From: Candidatus Woesebacteria bacterium
GTDB taxonomy: Bacteria > Patescibacteriota > Microgenomatia > UBA8517
Direction of reading: 5' to 3'
NCBI GenBank assembly: GCA_016432365.1
Contig: CP066686.1
Coordinates: 355-64,354 of the forward strand
DNA length: 64,000 bases
Positions 1-8,187 of this stretch are shown in pieces. The position numbers and the translations under genes are program-made. Each line of letters begins with the position of its first letter. Position 1 is the first letter of the stretch. The notes beneath the pieces were generated by a model. That model saw only the letters and a program-made list of their open reading frames with translations. It was not told the DNA's origin and ran no database searches.

Positions 1-403
1 AGTTTACGACCCGAAGGCCTTCATCCTCCACGCGGCATTGCGACGTCAGACTTTCGTCCATTGCGTACGATTCCCTGTTGCTGCCATCCGTAGATGTAAG
101 GGCCGTGTCTCAGTCCCTTTCTGCCCGTTTCCCCTCTCAGGGCGGGTACCCGTCATAGGCTTGGTAGGCCATTACCCTACCAACTACCTGATGGGAGATA
201 GGCTCATCCATCGGCGCGCAGTGAAGCGCTTTTCCCTTGCGGGGTCATGCGGTATTAGCTCATCTTTCGATGAGGTATTCCACACCATTGGGGAGATTCC
301 TATCCATTACTCAGCCGTTCGCAACTCGTCCCTTGCGGGACTCGTTCTACTTGCATGCATAAGGCATGCCGCCAGCGTTAATCCTGGGCCAGGATCAAAC
401 CCT
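1..403 (-). rRNA. rrs: 16S ribosomal RNA, 5' ~400 nt; the gene continues beyond the left edge of the window
   Basis: The minus strand of 383-403 reads GAGGGTTTGATCCTGGCCCAG, matching the universal 16S 5' end AGAGTTTGATCMTGGCTCAG. The minus strand of ~330-382 reads AACGCTGGCGGCATGCCTTATGCATGCAAGT, matching the GAACGCTGGCGGC...CATGCAAGTCG block. There is no credible ORF (38..511 is spurious). The 338-region at 72-96 is diverged from ACTCCTACGGGAGGCAGCAG, as in many CPR lineages. Confidence 0.85.
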
Positions 404-890
404 CAAAAAGCGTCCTACATAGCCTTACGGCGACGTGGGACAATCCTGATTTCCCGATCACATACTGAATTCCAATACATTCATACAAATAATATGAAAG
501 CCCTTCCGTAGCCGTCCGAAGCTTTAAGCGTAGGATGGCGAAGGAGGGTCGAACTCAATACATATTCCAGCCTGCTAAGGACTGGTCGTCTCATCAATTT
601 CGCACAGAGATTGAGAGACAATTTTGATTAACCTAAAATCTTTGACTTTTAATGTGCCTAGTCAAAAGTAACAAAACTCAAGCTAAAACAAGGCAGAAAA
701 ACAATACTTAACTAAATAAACTGTGGCTTTTCTTTGTTTACAACTTGAGGTTTGGTACTTTTAATGAGCTTGCTCTGAAATCCTTCCGAAGCTCGTTAGA
801 GCGTAGGAAGATAAGGTTCTAAAATGGAGAGTTATCAATCCCTCGTAGCTTCATGCGGAGTGGGACGAGTCAACTTCATCGTGTAGGGGT

Positions 891-920
891 ATTATAACTT
901 AGACAGTAGGCATAAGTCAA
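891..920 (-). promoter_or_regulatory. Putative sigma70-type rRNA promoter (-35 TTGACT, 18-nt spacer, -10 TATAAT)
   Basis: The minus strand reads TTGACT (915-920) - 18 nt - TATAAT (891-896). It is oriented toward the 16S gene, about 480 nt upstream of the mature 5' end. Confidence 0.45.
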
Positions 921-961
921 TGCAGGCATTTTTCCGTTTTTAAGCCTAATTTTGCCAAAAT

Positions 962-1001
962 AAAACCCGGAGAGATTTTTGTGGATCTTCTCCGGGTTTT
1001 T
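962..1001. terminator. Bidirectional rho-independent terminator hairpin
   Basis: AAAA-CCCGGAGA-(15 nt loop)-TCTCCGGG-TTTTT gives an 8-bp GC-rich stem flanked by an A-run and a T-run. It sits between the end of the minus gene 1061..1426 and the rRNA promoter region. Confidence 0.6.
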
Positions 1002-1060
1002 CTTACTTTTCGTACATCTCGCCTGCCGCGCTATTCAGTTGTTTGATCCGGCAATCGGAT

Positions 1061-1426
1061 CTAATTGCTGATGAGCACGATGAGGCCGAGGCCAACCAGT
1101 TCGCCCAGGTCGGGCTGATAGTTCGGGTCAAAACCCGTGATCTCGGCCAGGCCGAAGTGCATCTTGCGCGCCGCGTCGATCGGGTTGATCATCGGGAACA
1201 CGTCGCCCACATGGACGAGCTTCTCGATACCCGTGCAGGCCCACTCAGCGTGGAGGATCTTGCCATTGGGCAGGACCACACCTTCGCTCTCGAGGAACAT
1301 CGTGGCCGGGGCCGCGTATTCCATTCCTTCGAAGTTGAAGGTGATCGTGTCAGCGCCTTTATCGAGGGCGTCGAAACCGAGAATGCCGCGCTTATCGAGC
1401 AAATCGTTGATCTTGGACTGGGACAT
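1061..1426 (-). CDS. Hypothetical protein, 121 aa, encoded in a sharp high-GC island of roughly 58% GC
   Basis: Clean ORF with an AGGAGA RBS 7 nt upstream of the ATG. Local GC is far above the flanks (~35%). The antisense ORF 1043..1471 is an artifact of the high GC. No family recognised. Confidence 0.6.
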   Translation of the reverse strand: MSQSKINDLLDKRGILGFDALDKGADTITFNFEGMEYAAPATMFLESEGVVLPNGKILHAEWACTGIEKLVHVGDVFPMINPIDAARKMHFGLAEITGFDPNYQPDLGELVGLGLIVLISN

Positions 1427-1555
1427 GGTGTTCTCCTTTCAAGGGAACGCGCAAAATATGGATGGATGTGAAATTGCTTGCCTACCTATGTAGACAATAC
1501 TATAGTATCATATCTTTTGCCAAATGTCAAGCTATAGGTCTAAATTGATGGGTAG

Positions 1556-1981
1556 TTACTTTAACTTAAGTGAAGATATCTCACTGGGCAAAAACGAGCC
1601 AATCGCTCCGCCAATTTTGTTTCTCAACTGAACCACATTTCCGAGATCTCTGTAATTTCTAACCGCCACCAACCTGTTTTTGTGTTTAGTATCCAGTCCT
1701 AAATATGATTTCTCCGAAGGTATCCGAAATGTAAAAATCCCGTCTTTGTACTCAGAACAATGTTCAATCGCTACAGTTATGTCCATCGGACGAGAATTTT
1801 TACCTTTCTCTTGTAGGTCTTCCATGCGTACCTCAAGTAACAATTCTATTCCATTGTCGTTGGCAAATTTGATTTGCTGCTCGAAACGGTCCGTGGCCTT
1901 ATTACTTAACGGGTCTTCTTTCCATTCTTTTAAGGCCCTATCAAGTCCCTCTTGTGTTGTTTTTGAGACTTCCATACCCAA
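1556..1981 (-). CDS. Hypothetical protein (141 aa)
   Basis: ORF with coding-like composition; no motif recognised. Confidence 0.5.
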   Translation of the reverse strand: MGMEVSKTTQEGLDRALKEWKEDPLSNKATDRFEQQIKFANDNGIELLLEVRMEDLQEKGKNSRPMDITVAIEHCSEYKDGIFTFRIPSEKSYLGLDTKHKNRLVAVRNYRDLGNVVQLRNKIGGAIGSFLPSEISSLKLK

Positions 1982-2014
1982 ATAATACTCCCTAGCTTTG
2001 CCAAAATCAAATTT

Positions 2015-2293
2015 TCATTCTCCCCCAAGTCCGGGAACATTGTAAGAAGCCTCAATGTATATATCTCCGATATTTTGTTTTTGTTCTTCTGAAAATTCCA
2101 CCTCATCGTCATATTTAACATAGCAACCAATCTCATTGAGGATTCTGGAAATTAGCTCCGGATCTGCTTCCCTACAAAAAATCACACGTGCCTGCACATC
2201 TCGGCCGGTAACCAATTCCGCCACCAAATAGGACTTCCCGGAAACTTCTGAAAATTCTTCATCGACAACTACTCCAACTTTATTCTCGACCAT
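2015..2293 (-). CDS. Small acidic hypothetical protein (92 aa) ending ...NVPGLGGE
   Basis: ORF first in a tight minus-strand run (2015-4310). The C-terminal G-L-G-G-E is reminiscent of Ubl precursors, which is speculative. Confidence 0.45.
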   Translation of the reverse strand: MVENKVGVVVDEEFSEVSGKSYLVAELVTGRDVQARVIFCREADPELISRILNEIGCYVKYDDEVEFSEEQKQNIGDIYIEASYNVPGLGGE

Positions 2294-2343
2294 AATTGTC
2301 AGAATTGTACCATACGTTCACTTTCTGAAGTTTAATAATATTT

Positions 2344-3060
2344 TTAATCCACTCTTTTGGATTCTTCGAATATTTCTCTAACCACCGGCATCTGGGCCAA
2401 CAAAACCTTGGCCGATTCATTTTCAAACTCTCTTAGTACTTTTTCAAGTTCGTCCGGACTTGTATAAGTGGCCATTTCAGATGCCAAATAGCCGGGAATA
2501 AAATAGTCCGGGTGTTTATCCATGGTTGTAAGAAGCCTCGGGAGAATTTTCTTTGCGTCCAGCGGATTGTAACTGATAAGGCCGATGCAAAACATGCCTC
2601 TGAATTTCCAATCGAAGGCATCGTCTTCATACCATCTGGTTACCGCCTCCCTTGCCTCCGGGGTAGCCGAACCTACAATACTGGAAACAATGATGGCAAA
2701 ATCCTGGTCATCCTCAGTAGTCTTACCCTGTACCACAAATTTTTCTTCAACAATTTTGATTAGGCCGGGTACAACCGCCTCATTTTGAATCAAGGCCGCT
2801 ATCATTGCCACATCTGCGAGGGCCGAAGTCTTATGAACCAGAGGATTCCACTCAGACACTGATTTTGCCAAGGCCAGAGAAACCTTCTTCTGTGTATTTT
2901 CATTTAAATTTCTGTAAGTACCGGCAAGCCTGACAACCCCAGACTCATCGTCGTTATACCAAACAGGAGATAAGCTTTCTCCGCGAAGAAGCCACTTTGC
3001 GAGTTCGTCGGCAGAAGTCATTTCCAAAAAACTTATGTTTTGTCGCTCGATGGGTAACAT
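2344..3060 (-). CDS. Hypothetical protein (238 aa)
   Basis: ORF separated by 1 nt from the next upstream gene. Confidence 0.55.
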   Translation of the reverse strand: MLPIERQNISFLEMTSADELAKWLLRGESLSPVWYNDDESGVVRLAGTYRNLNENTQKKVSLALAKSVSEWNPLVHKTSALADVAMIAALIQNEAVVPGLIKIVEEKFVVQGKTTEDDQDFAIIVSSIVGSATPEAREAVTRWYEDDAFDWKFRGMFCIGLISYNPLDAKKILPRLLTTMDKHPDYFIPGYLASEMATYTSPDELEKVLREFENESAKVLLAQMPVVREIFEESKRVD

Positions 3061-3061
3061 G

Positions 3062-3733
3062 TTATTTTTGTATCAACCCCTGCCAGTCATCTTCTTCAAG
3101 AAACCTAAGAGCATTATCCAGCTTTTCTTGCCTAAAATATTCACCCATTTCCTCTGCAAGTCCCGCCTTGGTGGCAGTTAAATCAATTCGACCATTTTCA
3201 TCTGAGGCCGAAACGAGATACTGAAGATAAGAAAGAAAAGACGCCCTGGATATTGTCGTAAAGTATTCTTTTGTGACAAAAAACCATTCTCTTTTGTGCC
3301 AGGCATCAAAAGCTTGATCAATAATTCCCAAATATTCCTGTTTCCTGGCCGGATCAATAAAAATTGATTTCTGCTCATGTTTTAGTTCCAAAAGAAAATT
3401 TTTAAGTTCGCGCCCGGTGAATGTTTTAAGAAGATTAAAGTCTCCCCACTTTACTCCACTGTCAGCCGACAACGAAACGATGATTGTGTCGGGAGAAAGT
3501 GTCCTTACTAAATTGGCTATTAGCACCCCGTCCCCTCGATCAAAAAAACTATTGTCGATGAAAGCAACTGTAGGTTTTAGTCCGTCTTCGAGCAGCTTCT
3601 CTACTTCGGGCAATGAGGAAGCCGAACCAATTATTTTCTGATCATCATCGTGGCCCCAAGCCTCAACAACTCTGGAAAAACCCTCACGGGCAATGCGCGT
3701 GTCATCAGCGTGAATAATTCTTTCACCTTTCAT
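3062..3733 (-). CDS. Hypothetical protein with an N-terminal CheY-like receiver-type region (weak)
   Basis: The N-terminus (RIIHADD...VAFIDNS...SLSADS...K) has a REC-like spacing of acidic/Ser/Lys residues. The C-terminal domain is unknown. Confidence 0.4.
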   Translation of the reverse strand: MKGERIIHADDTRIAREGFSRVVEAWGHDDDQKIIGSASSLPEVEKLLEDGLKPTVAFIDNSFFDRGDGVLIANLVRTLSPDTIIVSLSADSGVKWGDFNLLKTFTGRELKNFLLELKHEQKSIFIDPARKQEYLGIIDQAFDAWHKREWFFVTKEYFTTISRASFLSYLQYLVSASDENGRIDLTATKAGLAEEMGEYFRQEKLDNALRFLEEDDWQGLIQK

Positions 3734-3764
3734 GTCAGAAGAGTACTACGGCAAGACTTGAAAA

Positions 3765-4310
3765 TCAAATCAATTCGGGAAGAAATTCGAGTTCAGAATC
3801 ATTAAAATGCCCCATTTTTTCTTTGGTGATTATTTCTGGATTTAATTTTTCTTTAAAATATTCCATATTTGGCTGTAAGGGAACCCACGGATCATCATCA
3901 GAAAAAACCGCAGTGATCTTGCCCGATCTAGTCTTGATTTTTTCATAGTCGATGGGTGTATTTATCCAAGGTGCAACATCTTCTTTCAACTCCCCTTCAT
4001 CAAGGTTCAGATATTGCCAGGGTGCAATCAATATTACTTTTTCAACTTTCTGATCTTTCCCAAATGTCTCCAAAAATCTTAGAATCGCAAGAGTGCCAAT
4101 ACTGTGTCCCACCAAGATATCGTCCGGACGAACTTCACCAACCACGTCTTTCAATTTGAAAAGCCATGGCTCAATTTTGGGATGGTTTGTTTCCGGCATT
4201 TCGGGCACAAAAACTTCATATCCTTGTTTTTCCAATACTGCTTTTGCCCAAGAAAACCAGTCATTCTTAGGGCTCCCTCCCCAACCATGAATCAGAAAAA
4301 CTCTCTGCAT
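3765..4310 (-). CDS. Alpha/beta hydrolase, YdeN/RBBP9-like serine hydrolase family
   Basis: RVFLIHGWGGSP plus the GHSIGT nucleophile elbow plus a downstream Asp/His. Start set at the internal Met (MQRVFLIHGW), since the 33-aa extension in the raw ORF is hydrophobic read-through. Confidence 0.7.
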   Translation of the reverse strand: MQRVFLIHGWGGSPKNDWFSWAKAVLEKQGYEVFVPEMPETNHPKIEPWLFKLKDVVGEVRPDDILVGHSIGTLAILRFLETFGKDQKVEKVILIAPWQYLNLDEGELKEDVAPWINTPIDYEKIKTRSGKITAVFSDDDPWVPLQPNMEYFKEKLNPEIITKEKMGHFNDSELEFLPELI

Positions 4311-4659
4311 GATTAAAATTATACCAAATGTTAAAATACCCCAAATGGCAGATATTATTAAAGAGGTTGGCGGTGAAATTCCCTGGGATAAAGGACTACT
4401 TGAAGCCATGGAGGGGAAAGTCGCGGAGGAGATGGAAGGCCTCGATCATTCCTTTCGCTGGCTTACAGATCAGGAGAAAGATCAAATATTACAAGCGGGC
4501 GAAAGCCTGCCAAAGGACTTGCCCACAAGAAGATGGTTTGCAAGAACTGTCGTCATGGAGCTTAGAACAAAAAGTCCACTGAGTTCAGATAAATTTGACA
4601 GGCTGTTGGAAGAAAAATTGGCCGGCGCGCTTGCCGCAAAACAAAGATACTCAAGATAA
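4309..4659 (+). CDS. Hypothetical protein (start possibly at the internal Met, 4345)
   Basis: ORF divergent from the hydrolase gene; no obvious RBS at either start. Confidence 0.4.
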   Translation: MIKIIPNVKIPQMADIIKEVGGEIPWDKGLLEAMEGKVAEEMEGLDHSFRWLTDQEKDQILQAGESLPKDLPTRRWFARTVVMELRTKSPLSSDKFDRLLEEKLAGALAAKQRYSR

Positions 4660-5088
4660 CTATTTTTTTTGAGTAACCCATACCTCACCCATATCCCGAT
4701 CAAGTTTGTGGTTTTTAGGAACATCTTGATAAATTTTTATCGCAGTCAATTCTCCACCAATTGCAGGCTCAAATGGAACAATTAGATTATTTTCGAATAA
4801 TAATAATCCCCTCCAATACCCCCTCCTGATGTCAAGAAGTGTTAGTTCCTCCGTACTCCCTTGGTCGGTAACCATGAACATTCGTCTACCTACTTCAAAA
4901 TTACGACTACCGGAAATTATTCGTGAAGTCTTTTTTTTATCTGGAGAGAATTCACTGATCATGCTCGAAGCTACGTCTTCGATTTTTGCGTCATCACCCA
5001 ATAGCTCTCCAAGATCGCGGGCAAATTCTCGCAACGCAGGCTGGTCTGTTTCAGTCATATCGCCATTATAGGCAATCGCGTTCAACAA
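4660..5088 (-). CDS. Hypothetical protein (142 aa)
   Basis: ORF only. Confidence 0.45.
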   Translation of the reverse strand: MLNAIAYNGDMTETDQPALREFARDLGELLGDDAKIEDVASSMISEFSPDKKKTSRIISGSRNFEVGRRMFMVTDQGSTEELTLLDIRRGYWRGLLLFENNLIVPFEPAIGGELTAIKIYQDVPKNHKLDRDMGEVWVTQKK

Positions 5089-5120
5089 ATCAAAAATATC
5101 ACTTTCTGTTTCGAAGTACG

Positions 5121-5681
5121 CTACTTCTTATGACTGGAGCTCAAAAAACTTGGGGCGGCTGTGGGATTATTGGTATGTCTCAACATCCTTTCCTGTAAGG
5201 CTTTCTTGCTTACATTGATAATTTCCCCCTCTTTTGCCTCTAGACGTATAAAGCTGTCTATCGCCGTCGCCAGCTCATCAAGGCTTCCTATTTCAGAATG
5301 CTTTTTTGATTTATATATCATCTTATCCTCCATTGCGTTCTTGTTTACAAAATACACGGAAGTTATTCCCGGCCCCAACGTAAAAGCCACTTTTAACTCT
5401 CCACCGACCTTTGTAACAATATCGACCGCATCTACTGTAGAAATTGACTTTACCAATTCAAATTCGTGTTTTGACTCTGGGGGGAAACCTGCGTAATAAT
5501 TCAGGCGTTCACTGATTCCAGTATCGGCACCGCTATTGGCTCTGAAGACTATATCCTGAGCAATTTTTTCGATAAAATCCAAACTCGGAGCGAACTCTTT
5601 TTTTCTCTCGCCGATACCTCTTAGATGATCCGATAACCACTCCATTAACCCGAGAATACACACACTACCTGCCTTTGTCAA
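5121..5681 (-). CDS. Hypothetical protein (186 aa)
   Basis: ORF with a 4-nt overlap (ATGA-type) with the downstream gene. Confidence 0.5.
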   Translation of the reverse strand: MTKAGSVCILGLMEWLSDHLRGIGERKKEFAPSLDFIEKIAQDIVFRANSGADTGISERLNYYAGFPPESKHEFELVKSISTVDAVDIVTKVGGELKVAFTLGPGITSVYFVNKNAMEDKMIYKSKKHSEIGSLDELATAIDSFIRLEAKEGEIINVSKKALQERMLRHTNNPTAAPSFLSSSHKK

Positions 5682-6103
5682 GCTATCGGGTCTGAATTTG
5701 GGGCTTTGACCGGAGTATATTCAAGCTGGTAGTATTTGCCGTCGTCATCATCCAAAATATACAGATCCATGTTTGGAATCATTAGCCCCAAGTTTATGAC
5801 TTTTAGAGTCCATTTTCTTAAATCTTGATTCGGACCGACAAGTTCTTCGACATCTTTTTTTCTTACAACCAACTCTCCATATTTTTCCCCGGCATTAATT
5901 CTGGCTCTAGATTCATTAAATGGAGAAATGTCGTTAATGGATAGTTTTAGGTAGTCGTCTCCAACTTTCTGAAATACTTTCCCTTTATTCATGGCACCAA
6001 CTAAACTAATTTGGTCGGCAAACCAATCCTCAAATGAATATTCCGGTTTCTCAACCTCATTACTTATACTTGCCAAGATAAGAATTTTCGCTTCTTTTTC
6101 CAT
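5678..6103 (-). CDS. Hypothetical protein (141 aa)
   Basis: ORF abutting 6104..6337. Confidence 0.5.
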   Translation of the reverse strand: MEKEAKILILASISNEVEKPEYSFEDWFADQISLVGAMNKGKVFQKVGDDYLKLSINDISPFNESRARINAGEKYGELVVRKKDVEELVGPNQDLRKWTLKVINLGLMIPNMDLYILDDDDGKYYQLEYTPVKAPNSDPIA

Positions 6104-6337
6104 TCAGTTTGAATTTGGTCCGTCGTCAACACCTTTCAGTGCAACAATTTTTACCAATTTTTCATCGTCTTTACCAACTACGATTCCCCCATGTTCCTCT
6201 ATCTTCATTACTTCGTATCCCGCAGCTACTAAACGGCTAAAAACCTGTTCCGGTTCCAAGTGGTGCTTCTGGGCAACATCAACGCAAAAACTCCAAACTT
6301 TTTCGCTAAGCTTTATTATTGGACCCTGTCTCTCCAT
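6104..6337 (-). CDS. Hypothetical small protein (start moved to the internal Met MERQGPII...)
   Basis: The raw ORF (to 6418) would read through the terminator hairpin of the upstream cassette, so the internal Met is downstream of the terminator T-run. Confidence 0.4.
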   Translation of the reverse strand: MERQGPIIKLSEKVWSFCVDVAQKHHLEPEQVFSRLVAAGYEVMKIEEHGGIVVGKDDEKLVKIVALKGVDDGPNSN

Positions 6338-6377
6338 TAAGTTGAGGTTAAACCTCGAAAGTCTATTATTCAATCCC

Positions 6378-6436
6378 CAAAAAAATAGCGCCTGGTGGAC
6401 AATGATTGTATAAAACAAATCAATGCCGCCAGGCGC
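6378..6436 (-). terminator. Rho-independent terminator (cassette A), repeat copy 1
   Basis: On the minus strand: GCGCCTGGCGG - 27 nt loop - CCACCAGGCGC followed by TATTTTTTT, placed just 3' of 6443..6703. The hairpin sequence recurs at 7797-7853. Confidence 0.6.
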
Positions 6437-6442
6437 TTGAGA

Positions 6443-6703
6443 TCAACTACTATGCCGATTGGAACTGTTCAGTTCCTGCTCAAATACTGCGTAAAAACGC
6501 AGCCAGCCTTGCGGCATACCGGAACGCAGGTCAGGAAAGACCGAACAACTGACAAGTCGGTAACCCTGGGCTGACGTAGCAGCAAGAAAAACGCTCCAGG
6601 CCTTACCTTGATCTTTTTTGTCTCCATCAATGGTGTCTATCAACATCGGGCCGATCGGAGACTGGTGTCCCGAAACTTCCAAGTGCTCAAATTTCTTTGA
6701 CAT
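6443..6703 (-). CDS. Small hypothetical protein (86 aa), paralog of 7871..8113
   Basis: GGAGG RBS. It shares WSVFLAA..GYRLVSCSVFPD..GW.RFYAVF with WTQFLAK..VTMVGYSVIPAPD..GWYRMHATF in the paralog. GC is about 50%. Confidence 0.6.
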   Translation of the reverse strand: MSKKFEHLEVSGHQSPIGPMLIDTIDGDKKDQGKAWSVFLAATSAQGYRLVSCSVFPDLRSGMPQGWLRFYAVFEQELNSSNRHSS

Positions 6704-6734
6704 ACGTCCTCCAAATAGTTAAATGCTTGACCCT

Positions 6735-7685
6735 TTAAAGTCTTGGATCAGCCAGATAAACACTTACCGTGTCGCCGGCTTCAATCTGGGAGTTGCATGT
6801 AGAATGTGTCGCATCGTCATCTCCAATGGTCAACTTTAGTACTTCGGGAGGCCAAATATTATTATCAATCTTTCTCCCAAGCACAGTAAGCGCAAATGGA
6901 GTTAGAACTTCTGTTGCGCTTCGACCAATCAATGCTGCCGTTTGAAACGCATAGAGAAATTGACTGTAACCACGGCGGACAAAAATCTTTTCGCCCCTCA
7001 ACAGTCTATGGTCTGTACAATCTCCTTCTCCGCAACGCGGACAAATGACCACATCCGAAGGCCTGATTTTCAACGCTCGGGAGATTTGATCGTCAAGCCA
7101 TATTTGCCCGGGCAAATAGCCGACAATCCGTTCGTCTGTGTATGGGCCGAGCAGTTTTTCCTGGAATACCTCCAACCTAGCCATATCTTCAAAGGCATGT
7201 AGACTTCCTTGCCCATGTTCTTCGCCGTCCGACAGTGCAACAACTACGTCGCCGCTTCCCAACCTATCCCAAGGCGCAGAATCAGCCTCCTTACCGTTAA
7301 CAAACACCCGTGCCAGTGCCAGGTCATCTTCACCGGTAAGTTTCTCCAAAAAAGAACTGAGTGATTGACCAGAGTCGCTAAACACAATGTTTTCAACGTT
7401 AAGGTGGTTAAGTCCAATTGGAGCGGAATATTCTGTCCAAAGACCTTTTTGTGTTTTGGTTAACCCCAACACTCCGGTTTTGGACAACGTATGCGCACGG
7501 GCAATCCGCGAAATTTGTTCTTCCGTAAACTGTCCCTTTGTTCGGAAAAAATTTCCGCCGGGTGTTGACGGCTTCCTAACCAAATATATTCCTACAACAT
7601 CCGATGTGGCCCGTCTCGCAATTGAATCAACAAAAACAGCAATTTCAGGGAAATCCCGTTCAAGGTTCTTTCCTTTTGTAAACAT
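6735..7685 (-). CDS. Hypothetical protein (316 aa) with ThiS/MoaD-like beta-grasp segments and a CPRCG-x3-DC-x-DH motif; paralog of 13638..14954
   Basis: GGAGG RBS and elevated GC. The C-terminal ~100 aa align with the C-terminus of the 438-aa protein (VICPRCGEGDCTDH...FVRR...LYAFQ...GDTV). Confidence 0.6.
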   Translation of the reverse strand: MFTKGKNLERDFPEIAVFVDSIARRATSDVVGIYLVRKPSTPGGNFFRTKGQFTEEQISRIARAHTLSKTGVLGLTKTQKGLWTEYSAPIGLNHLNVENIVFSDSGQSLSSFLEKLTGEDDLALARVFVNGKEADSAPWDRLGSGDVVVALSDGEEHGQGSLHAFEDMARLEVFQEKLLGPYTDERIVGYLPGQIWLDDQISRALKIRPSDVVICPRCGEGDCTDHRLLRGEKIFVRRGYSQFLYAFQTAALIGRSATEVLTPFALTVLGRKIDNNIWPPEVLKLTIGDDDATHSTCNSQIEAGDTVSVYLADPRL

Positions 7686-7716
7686 TTGTTCCTCCGATCA
7701 GATTTTAAGCCGAAAT

Positions 7717-7763
7717 GTGCAAACTATGGGGATTATAGACTTTTTGACTATCCAATTCCAGTT
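7717..7763 (-). promoter_or_regulatory. Repeated promoter/5' leader element, copy A, carrying a perfect -10 TATAAT
   Basis: This 47-nt element is identical to 8141-8187. On the minus strand it reads ...TGGAAT-17nt-TATAAT... about 45 nt upstream of the ATG of 6735..7685. Confidence 0.5.
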
Positions 7764-7796
7764 CACCTAAGCCCGACAGCCCCGCCAAAAAAATAG

Positions 7797-7853
7797 CACC
7801 TGGGAGCAGTGATTGTATAAAACAAATCAATGCCGCCAGGCGCTTTTGTTGTT
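7797..7853 (-). terminator. Rho-independent terminator (cassette B), repeat copy 2
   Basis: Same hairpin and T-run as 6378-6436, placed just 3' of 7871..8113. Confidence 0.55.
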
Positions 7854-7870
7854 TGCGTGTCGTGTCGACC

Positions 7871-8113
7871 TTATCTGTATTCAGGCACCCTGAAAGTTGC
7901 GTGCATCCGATACCAGCCGGGTCCGGGGATCTGGATATCAGGAGCAGGAATAACGGAATACCCAACCATCGTCACATTATTTGCTTCCTGTTTTGCAAGA
8001 AACTGAGTCCATGTCTGGGCATTCGCCGCCTTTTCCTCTTTACCGTCAACCATTGTGACAACAAATTCTTTACCGGGCGCAGCAAGGCACCAAACTTCAA
8101 AATATCTACTCAT
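7871..8113 (-). CDS. Small hypothetical protein (80 aa), paralog of 6443..6703
   Basis: GGAGG RBS. It is flanked by the repeated promoter element on the 5' side and the repeated terminator on the 3' side. Confidence 0.6.
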   Translation of the reverse strand: MSRYFEVWCLAAPGKEFVVTMVDGKEEKAANAQTWTQFLAKQEANNVTMVGYSVIPAPDIQIPGPGWYRMHATFRVPEYR

Positions 8114-8140
8114 ATCTACCTCCGAGAATATAGGAATTGT

Positions 8141-8187
8141 TTGAAAACGTGCAAACTATGGGGATTATAGACTTTTTGACTATCCAA
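8141..8187 (-). promoter_or_regulatory. Repeated promoter/5' leader element, copy B
   Basis: Identical 47-mer to 7717-7763; the TATAAT lies about 47 nt upstream of the ATG of 7871..8113. Confidence 0.5.

Noticed and set aside
38-511. 157-aa plus-strand ORF
   Set aside because: It lies entirely inside the 16S rRNA gene and leader, so it is a non-coding artifact.
1043-1471. 142-aa plus-strand ORF antisense to 1061..1426
   Set aside because: It is the open antisense frame typical of a high-GC segment. The minus-strand gene has the RBS and terminator, so this one is rejected.
6338-6418. N-terminal 27 aa of raw ORF 6104..6418
   Set aside because: That stretch is translated straight through the cassette-A terminator hairpin, so an internal Met was adopted.
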